A DNA stretch of 44,075 nucleotides from Jimgerdemannia flammicorona. Taxonomy: Eukaryota. Positions 35,869 through 44,075 of this stretch are shown piece after piece; the first letter of the stretch is position 1, and every line of letters begins with the position of its first letter. The DNA lies in NCBI GenBank assembly GCA_003990765.1, contig RBNJ01000072.1:1-44075 (forward strand). The letters are read 5' to 3'. The notes beneath the pieces were generated by a model. That model did no database searches. It was not told the DNA's origin and was given only the letters and a program-made list of their open reading frames with translations. A program made the translations under genes and the position numbers.

Positions 35869-38800
35869 GTTGGGAGGGTACCAAAGCTTATGAGCAGGGG
35901 CCAGGAGGAGAAGAATCAAGCTCTCTATGATGATGGCATGCTAGAGGTGTGGGAGGAGGATGGAGATACAGGAAGAAAGGATTGGAGAGTCCAGCCAATA
36001 GCTGGTGAGGATGTGGAGATGGTGGGGACTTGCCATGTTAGATTTGGAGTGTCTGAGATAGTGAGTGGGGGACAGGTGGTTGAGGTTGAGGAGGAGGTAC
36101 TGGTGGATATCTCTGAGGAAGAGTGGGATGAGTCTGCAAGTGCTGGAGCAGACACTGTGATACTTGGGGCTAGCTGACCAGCAACCCCTGGGGGCAAGAA
36201 GATTAGAGACTTGCAGTGGATATGCCAGGCAATGAACTCTTGGTGGCAGAGGAGTTGAGTGATGTAGACCTGTGAGTTATCAGTGAGGAGTACTGAGCAG
36301 GAATTATACAGGAAGAAGGAGTTGTAGAGGCCCTAGCAAAGGAGGTACTAGTAGTATATCTGAATGAGGAGAGCTATGAGATAGATGTTGCAAGGGAAGC
36401 AGAGATGGCAGCAGCAGCTAGGAAGTGTACAGGCTTCTAGTGGAAATAGAGACACAGATTGGAAATTTGGCAAGGGGCTTATATGAAGTACTGGGAGGAG
36501 ATAGAGTTGAAGAATGATGCAGTATTAAATGAGCTATTGGTAGGGCTGGAAACTAAGCAGGTTGAGGAGGCTGAGACTACTGCTGAATATAGATTAGATC
36601 TGGCTGAAGAGAGAGTGGACATGGAGTTGTGAGGAGGGTACATCTATATCAACATTATTTCTTATGAACAGTATAACCTACATTTTCTCATTGAATGTAA
36701 ATGGCCTGAGGGGTTCTGAGAGGCATCATAACATTTTTACTTGGTTAAAGAGATTAGAGGCTGATCTCTTTCTGCTGCAGGGCATACATTGTGAGGAGGA
36801 CTTTGAGCAATAGAAGTGGATGAGAGAATGGAGTGGGGATGTAGTCTGGAATGGCAAGGTTGGAATTCTGATATGGAGAGAGTGAGGGGAAATATGTGAC
36901 AGTAAAATCTGGAGAGATTGTATGGTTTGAGAAGAGTGGTATCAGCCTGGATGAGAGTTGATTGTAGTTGGATCTTGCTACTGCCCTGTGGTCGGGAGTG
37001 AGTGAATAGAGTAGATTGATAGTCTTTTAGATAGTGGGATATTAGTAGAGACTAGAGTGGAGGTGCTTGGAGGGGACTTTGACATGTTTCACTTGGTGCA
37101 GTTGGACAGAACAGATGGGGAGAGAAATTCAGAGGGCAAGAGTGGTGGTCTAGAGGATTGGGAGGAGGTGGAGTGACTTAGTTCCTTGGTGGATGCTGGA
37201 TGGGCAATGTGGGGAGACAGGAGGGTCTATACTCATTAGGTGGGTGGCCTGGAGACTAGAATTGACTGGGTGCTGATGGCTGACTGCTGGGGTCTAGATG
37301 TCTGGAAGTCCCTAGAGATTGAGTGGTGCCTGTAGTCAGACTATTGGGGCTTGCTAGAGCATGGGTGGTTTGGGGGAAGTTGGGATGGATCTAGACATTA
37401 GTATCTCAATTTCTCTTTGTTAGCTGAGAAGAAGTTGTGGGACAATTGGGCTGAGGATATTTGGCAGAAAGTAGAGAGTTGGGTACAGAAGGGTGCTCTA
37501 GTTGAGAGGCTGCTAGGGTCTACTGGAGTAAGGCTGATAGGGTGGCAGGAAGACAGAGAAGGAGGAGAGTAACCTGGGCTTCTACTAGATTGGCTTGGCT
37601 TCTGGAAAATTAGGCTGGCCTTTTGGCCCTGAAGGGGGTGGAGGACTGGAGGTTGATACAGACTAAGCTGGAGATTGCTGAGTTACAACAGATGTTGAGA
37701 GAGAAGAAGGAGATATAGATGTGGAGTTTAGCTATGCAGTTATACTGACAGGGGCAGGAAGAGAGAGAGAGGCCCTCTAAGTACCTCTTAAGGATCCTTC
37801 AGATAGAAAGAGTGAGGCAGAGGTGAGAGAGGATACTAGATTCTGATGATCTACTAGTACATAGTCCACAAAGCATTCTAGGCTTATTGAAGGAGAGGTG
37901 GAGCAGTTTGTGGAGTAAGGAGGAGGGTGGGGCCAATGCTGCCACCATTGAACATACTTTGGAGGATTGGCACCTATCACAAGTAGATGGGCTGGGCAGC
38001 TTAGTGATATCAGTATAGAAGGAGGATATTCACTAGGTTCTTGCTATAACTATACTGGACATAGTACCAAGAGAGAATGGTCTGCCCTGAGACTTTTGGA
38101 AGAAGATGGTGGGAGTCTCTAAAGTGTTGAAAGAGATGATAGTGCTTTGTAATTTGGTACTGTAGTCAGGGAAGTAGGTAAGAGAGCAGAATCTAGAGCT
38201 GGTGGTACTGCTGTAGGCAGGAGAGAGAACTGGAAGAACTGGTGACCTATCATGCTCCTGAATATGGACAGAAAGTTGTTTACTAAGGTAGTGGTAGCAA
38301 GGCTGCAGAAGGTGGCTGAGCAAGTCTTAAGTGAGGAGCAATGAGGTTTTGTAGGAGGCTGACTTATTAGAGATAGCACAGCTTGGGTTTACAGTATCAT
38401 AGAAGGGGCTCAGGCCTGCGGGCTGGATGGGAGATTGTTCTTCTTGGATCAGGAGAAGGTATATGACTGTGTTCAGTGGGTCTGATAGGCAAAGATACTG
38501 GATAGGATTGGTGTCTCTCAGTAGTTCCAAGTGATAATGATCAGCCTACTGGAAGAGAGTAGAGCAGCACTCATATGTAATGGTCATCAGGGAGTAGCAT
38601 TTTCTCTGGGTAGAGGTGTTCCCCAGGGGGACCCACTGTCTCCTATTTTGTATACTCTATTCTTAGAGCTATTGATAGACAGAATTCAGCAAAAGATTGG
38701 GGGGCTCTCAGTATTTGGAATTGTGTAGAAAGTTGGGGCCTTTGCAGATAATATAGTGATTGGCCTGGGATCAATTACTGATATTGAGGAACTCCAGGAA

Positions 38801-40359
38801 ATAGTAGAGTAGTATGAGATATACTCTGGGACTAAACTCAACTGATATAAGTGTGAAATGATTGTGTTGAACAATGGTCTGATGGGAGGGGATATCATTG
38901 GAACAATTGTCCCTGCTAGAGATACTGTAAGATACTTGGGCATCTATCTTTCAGTTTATGGGTCAGTCTTACCAAGACCTTGGTGAGAGTAGTGGGTGGC
39001 TATTTGGAGGGAGGCTCTATAGAGTTGGAGAGGCCACTACATTTCCTTAGCAGGGTGTATTTCAATTTTGAATATCTACTGAATGCCAAAGCTATAGTAT
39101 TTGATATATCATCTGGACTTTTCAGCCTGGGTGGTAAAGAGGCTATTGAAGCTGGTCAAAGGTTGGATCTGGGCTGGGAGGAGGAGTCAGATAAGCTGGA
39201 AAATCTTGTCATTACCAGTGACTAGAGGAGGCCTTGGGCTGATTGACTTCCCAAAGAGGCTGTATTGTCTGAGAGCATACATAGTGGCTAAAGAGAGCAT
39301 GGAACTGAGGAGTAGTAGCTAAGTTCCTCTGATAAAAAAGGTCTGAGAGATGAGGTTTTTGCCAAGAGGCTCTACAGGAGATCTACTGTCCTTAGTTGGG
39401 CTTCAAAATAGTAAGCACATGCAGTATAAGGGTTTCTGGTGGGGAGTAGTTGATGGGGTATACTGCATTGGTATTCACTGGCAGAGAGCTCAAGGAGAGA
39501 TACCTTGGGGCCTGGTGATGTAGAGATTGGATCAAGTGTTATTGGAGGGTACTTCTCTAATTGACTTTGATATTGGTGATGGGGTCAAGTACTAGAGAGA
39601 GTTGGGGCAGAATATATGGCCTAGTGGCTGGCAGATGGCAGATATTGGAGAGGAGTGAAATTGGAATGAGGTTAGGGCCTAGAGTGCAGAGATATAGTGA
39701 TGGCTACCACCTAAGTACTGGGTAGTTTGGTGGTATATATATACTGTAGAGGAATGTTATGCTCAACTTTCATACAGATCACCTTATAGAGGGAGGAAGC
39801 TTTGACTGTGAGGAGTGTTATAATGTAAGATAGGAAGGAGAGTTTGTGCAGATTGCAGAACATTAGCTGAGAGAGTATAAGATACTTAGAGACTTTTGAT
39901 TAGCAGTTGAGAATTGAATGGGTGTTGGGAGAAGGGGGAATGGTGAGAGAGATCATTGAGAGGATCTGAGAGATAGATTGGTAGGGAGAGTTGGAAATAA
40001 GTAGCTCATTATTAGTTAAGTTTTAGTTGTATGGGTGGGACTGGCAGGATACTGGCTGTTTGTTTTTGAGAAAGGAAGGCATTTGGATTTAAAGAAGTAA
40101 CTATTGAGGTGGGAAGGATTGATAGAGGACATCTTGATGTATTGGTGGCTGGGATAGAGTCTGCAGATAGGTCATTGGTATTATTAGTGAAGAATATTTA
40201 TGGGCTGAGTGGGGGGAGAATTGAAGTAGTAGATGGTAAGGTAGTATTCAAGTATGAAGATATGGGGGGGGGGTCTAGAAGATTGGGTAGTGGGAGGGGG
40301 TACTGTATATATATTTGATAGACTAGTAATAAATGGTGAAGTCCAAGAGACTATAAAAA
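35869..40359 (+). mobile_element. Decayed L1/Tx1-type LINE, 5'-truncated at the hAT TIR; ORF1 remnant to ~36632, ORF2 from ATG 36664
   Basis: FSLNVNGL, GGDFD, RIDWVL, SDYW, FLDQEKVYD, GVPQGDPLSPILY, AFADN, RYLGI and ISWKILSLPVTRGGLGL; ends AATAAA..ACTATAAAAA. Confidence 0.92.
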
Positions 40360-40624
40360 TATATATATAAATATAGTATAGTCAGGAGACTTTTTACAGT
40401 TTGAAAAGTATCTGATTAGCCACTAAACTTTGCCAGATAACCATATACTCCTACTTAATCCAATGTTCTTACTATGGCTATTACTATTATCACATCTTTT
40501 GGAATATATATTATTGTTGACACTGACTATTATTGTTCCTAGTATATATGGTATAGTATCATATACTATATTGTACTGAAATCCATTAGTCATATATTAT
40601 CTTTATTATCATCAGCTACATATA

Positions 40625-40800
40625 TTGGTATATTTACCAGATATTATTGGTAGTATCTGCACTGCTGATATTGTTGGTAGTACCCATACTACTGATGTTA
40701 GTAGTACCTATGCTGCTGATATTATTAGTAGTACTTATACTACTGATATTATTGGTGGTATCTATACTGCTGATGTTATTAGTAGTACCTATACTAGATA
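40625..40800. repeat. Degenerate 27-bp minisatellite, about 6 copies
   Basis: Unit approximately TGCTGATATTATTGGTAGTACCTATAC. Confidence 0.8.
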
Positions 40801-41279
40801 TCAGTATTGTTTCTAGTTGATATAGTTGTCATTATTATCTGTACTTTGGACCTTATTGGTATTTGTCTCATCTGTACTTTTGACCTTATTGTCTATGCTG
40901 ACTTAATTTATCATATCTGCACTTTTGACCTTATTGTCCATACATCATTATAGGCCATATTGTTGATATTGTTGGTCTTCTTGATCTTTTTGACCTTTTC
41001 TATACCTTATCAGTCTTATTGCTGACCTTGTTTGTCAAATTGAACCTTGGGTTCAGGTTTATCCCCATTGATCTTATTGCTGGTCTCACATATACTAGTT
41101 TTGTTGACCTCATCAGCTAGTATTCTTGTTGTCACAATTACTGCCTCTAATACCTAAGAGAGAGTCTCTACCATCAGAAAGAACTTCATGTCTCAACTAC
41201 TTAAGAGGGCTTCATAAATACCTCAACACCAGAAAGGACTTTGCCTGCTGCCTGGGAGGACTTATAATTATCTTGAATA

Positions 41280-41320
<41 letters not shown>

Positions 41321-41592
41321 TACCTTAAATATCTGAGCAAGTGTCTTTGTCATAATCACCTTCTATCATCAGAGAGGACTTCATAATTGCCTCAAATACC
41401 TGAGCAGACATCTTTGTCATAATTGCCTTCTACTATTAGAGAGGACTTTGATATCACCATTAATAGGCTTCTCTTACAATGTAACTATGTTTTCTATTAT
41501 CAGGGGGTCATTAGAGAGATATCCAACTTGATACTCTGGCTCACACCTATGTTCATCAGTATAATATATACTAGAGGAGTTCTAGCTGCTAA

Positions 41593-41607
41593 CTGGGACT
41601 CATAACC
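41593..41607 (-). promoter_or_regulatory. Copia/Ty5-type primer binding site (initiator tRNA-Met anticodon arm)
   Basis: Minus strand ...TTACA-ATA-GGTTATGAGTCCCAG directly after an LTR end. Confidence 0.65.
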
Positions 41608-41610
41608 TAT

Positions 41611-41750
41611 TGTAATGAATAGAAGAAGCAATTTATTCAAAATGCCTAAGTTGTATATTTTATATATTACTGAAGAATGATATAAAACTAATAAAATGAT
41701 ATATAGTATAAAGTCATATATCTTTATATCAAGTTACTATCCTAACAAAT
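41611..41750 (-). repeat. LTR end (5' LTR) of a copia-type element; far boundary not determined
   Basis: TGTAATGAATAGAAGAAGCAATTTATTCAAAATGC.. repeats 24397-24535. Confidence 0.65.
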
Positions 41751-41959
41751 TAATACTGAAAACTTGGAGATTGATATTGATAAAATAATTAGATAACTTC
41801 AATCTCAAAGTTATCAAATAGAATTATTTAGCAAGGGTAAATATCAAAGCTTAGCATTTGTTACTACTGAAAATTTGAGTATCTTTCAAAAATATAGTAG
41901 CTATCTTACTATTATGAACTCTATCTATAAGATAACCAAACATGACTAAAAATTCTGTA

Positions 41960-43050
41960 CAATTATAGAATGAAACTTTCTTAGCTCTTGGCTTTCTGGT
42001 GGTTACTTCTTTGTTAGTAGTAAAGAATAATATATTATTACTTCAGAACTTTAAGCCATTAAATATTAGACTAAAACCTGATAATCTTACTATTTCTTAA
42101 TTAATTAATCAGTAATTGAAGAGAATACTATCAATAATATATTTTGTTGACTTGTAGTAAGTGAACAAGTTGTTGATATTCTTTATTATATCTGGTATAT
42201 TTGATAGACTTTATAAAGAATACTCAGCAGCTTTCAAAAAAAAGCTATATTTAAGCTCATCTATCTTGATTGTAAAATGATGATTCAATAAGCTATTGTA
42301 AAGCTTCCTATAAATAAAGATTATATTCATCATTATTGACTTTCAAATATCTTAAAATAGATAATGTAGAGTTGATAACATTCTCTAATTCTCTTCCAAA
42401 CAACTGCTACCAGTCTAGTAGAATCTTATTACACTATATTGAAGAAAAAAGTCATATAAACTTTGGTCTTATTGGTATAACTAAGATTATTCATAAAGCA
42501 GATTAGAACCATTTTGTATATAATCAATAAATTTAGCTAGATTTTTAGACCAAATTAATTACTAAAGCTGAAACTTATTCTTACTTAATTAGTTTTTTGA
42601 ATCTTATTCAAAATATTATTCTTAAGGAGATTTATAAATTTGTAAAATATCTGGAGAATAGAAAGTCACAATTTAAATATAAATATCCTGAATATTATTG
42701 TCAGTTTTTTCACAAGTATATACTCTTATACCACTACCTCTTCTATTATGATATTAATTAAGATTTTCTTACTAATGAATATATTGAGCCACCTTTCAAT
42801 ATCTGTTTACAGAGTCTGGATTTGATATTTATCTCAACTATATCCAAATTATTAAAAAAGAGTCAGAAGATTTAAGAGAAGCTAAAGTATAGCAGTAATA
42901 TTTCTGGTTCTATACTGTCCAGGAAAGACTTCATGAGCATTGGTTCTAAATAGAAGAAATATTTCAACAGAATGGTAACAATGAACCCCTATAGCTTCTG
43001 ATTGTACAACTTAACAATATCTAGTAATATTATCTTTTGAATAGATATCA
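41960..43050 (+). pseudogene. Possible very decayed reverse-transcriptase relic
   Basis: Faint motifs in RT order and spacing (LQNFKPLN, LIDFIKNTQ, IDNV); not verified. Confidence 0.25.
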
Positions 43051-43174
43051 TCTTGGTTCTTATATTAGTATAAAATTCAAAGTAATTATTTAATATTTAT
43101 TAATAATAGTTGATAGTGAGTTGGTTTATATATTGAAATTTAAAATAAATAAAAAATATATTAATAACTTATTC

Positions 43175-44032
43175 ACTATATTGCACTTTGCTCACTCACT
43201 ATTTTGCACTTCTCTCTATTGCCTACAGATTATAACTATCTTCTTTACTCTCTATCTTCTCTACTATAAAGATAGAAAAAAAAAGAAAAAAAAAAACCTA
43301 CCTCTTCACTGAGATCTCTATCACTGAGATCTCTTTATTGAGATCTCCTTTACTAAGATCTCCTTCACTGGGATTCTCTTTGCCATCTTCAATAATTCAC
43401 TATCTTCACCAATTCACTATCTTTAATAAAATCTACTTTATTACCTTCACAATCTCTAACAGTATATAAAGATAATGTATAAGAGATTGTAAGTATTCTA
43501 TTATATAACACTTTACTCAATTATCTATTATATTATATTTTACTCAATTGTTCATTATATTATATGTACTTTGATCAATTACTCGCTATATTATACTTTA
43601 CTCAATCACCCACTATTTTTCCCTTCTCTCCATTGACTGCAGATTACAACTATCCTCCTCACTCTTCATCTCTCCTACTGCAAAGACAGAAAAAAAAGAA
43701 AAAAAAAATATCTACCTCTTTACTAAAATACCCCTCACTGAGATCTTCTTTACTATCTTAACTAAGATTCCCTTTACTGGAATCCCTTTCACCATCTTCA
43801 CTAAGACTCCATTTACTGATATCTCCTTCACTATCTTCATCAAGATTATCTTTACTGAGATCTCTTTCATCATCTTTACTAATTTGCTATCTTTATCAAT
43901 TTAATATCTTTACTAAGATCTGCTTCATTATCTTTACAATCTCTAACAGTATATAATGATAATATGTAAGTATCCTGCTATATCACACTTTGTTCAATCA
44001 TCCATCATATTATACTTTGCTCAATTGTCTGC

Positions 44033-44035
<3 letters not shown>
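43175..44035. repeat. Tandem duplication of a ~410-450-bp unit containing 15-bp subrepeats (TTCACTGAGATCTCC-like)
   Basis: CAGATTA(T/C)AACTATC..AAAGA(T/C)AGAAAAAAAAGAAAAAAAAAA..CTACCTCTT and ACAATCTCTAACAGTATATAA each occur twice. Confidence 0.8.

Positions 44036-44075
<40 letters not shown>
44036..44075 (-). repeat. Poly(T) run to the window edge, probably a retroposon poly(A) tail
   Basis: Uninterrupted T run of about 40; a similar run lies at 41282-41318. Confidence 0.5.

Overview
Eukaryotic, probably fungal (inference), transposon nest. Only bases 1-~715 look like ordinary genic DNA: CpG is retained and there is the 5' end of a spliced minus-strand gene. The rest is stacked, C-to-T-decayed mobile DNA. 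It holds two full-length, head-to-head copies of one Ty3/gypsy family (A 3776-10498 minus, B 11649-18362 plus), an older relative (C), two solo LTRs, three LINE relics, a hAT transposon with a 13-unit internal array and a CpG-retaining 330-bp palindrome, a MITE, and a copia-type PBS/LTR. The Ty3/gypsy family is the most unusual feature. Comparing A and B reconstructs a tricistronic layout: gag-PR-Cys domain-dUTPase-RT-RNaseH, then a separate integrase ORF, then a 153-aa unknown ORF3. Both junctions are +1-frame cATG..TAA start/stop overlaps. The U3 of its LTRs carries arrays of 17-bp operator-like palindromes whose inner bases change symmetrically between subfamilies, alongside excess divergence of ORF3. 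All coordinates and alignments were read by eye; no searches were run.
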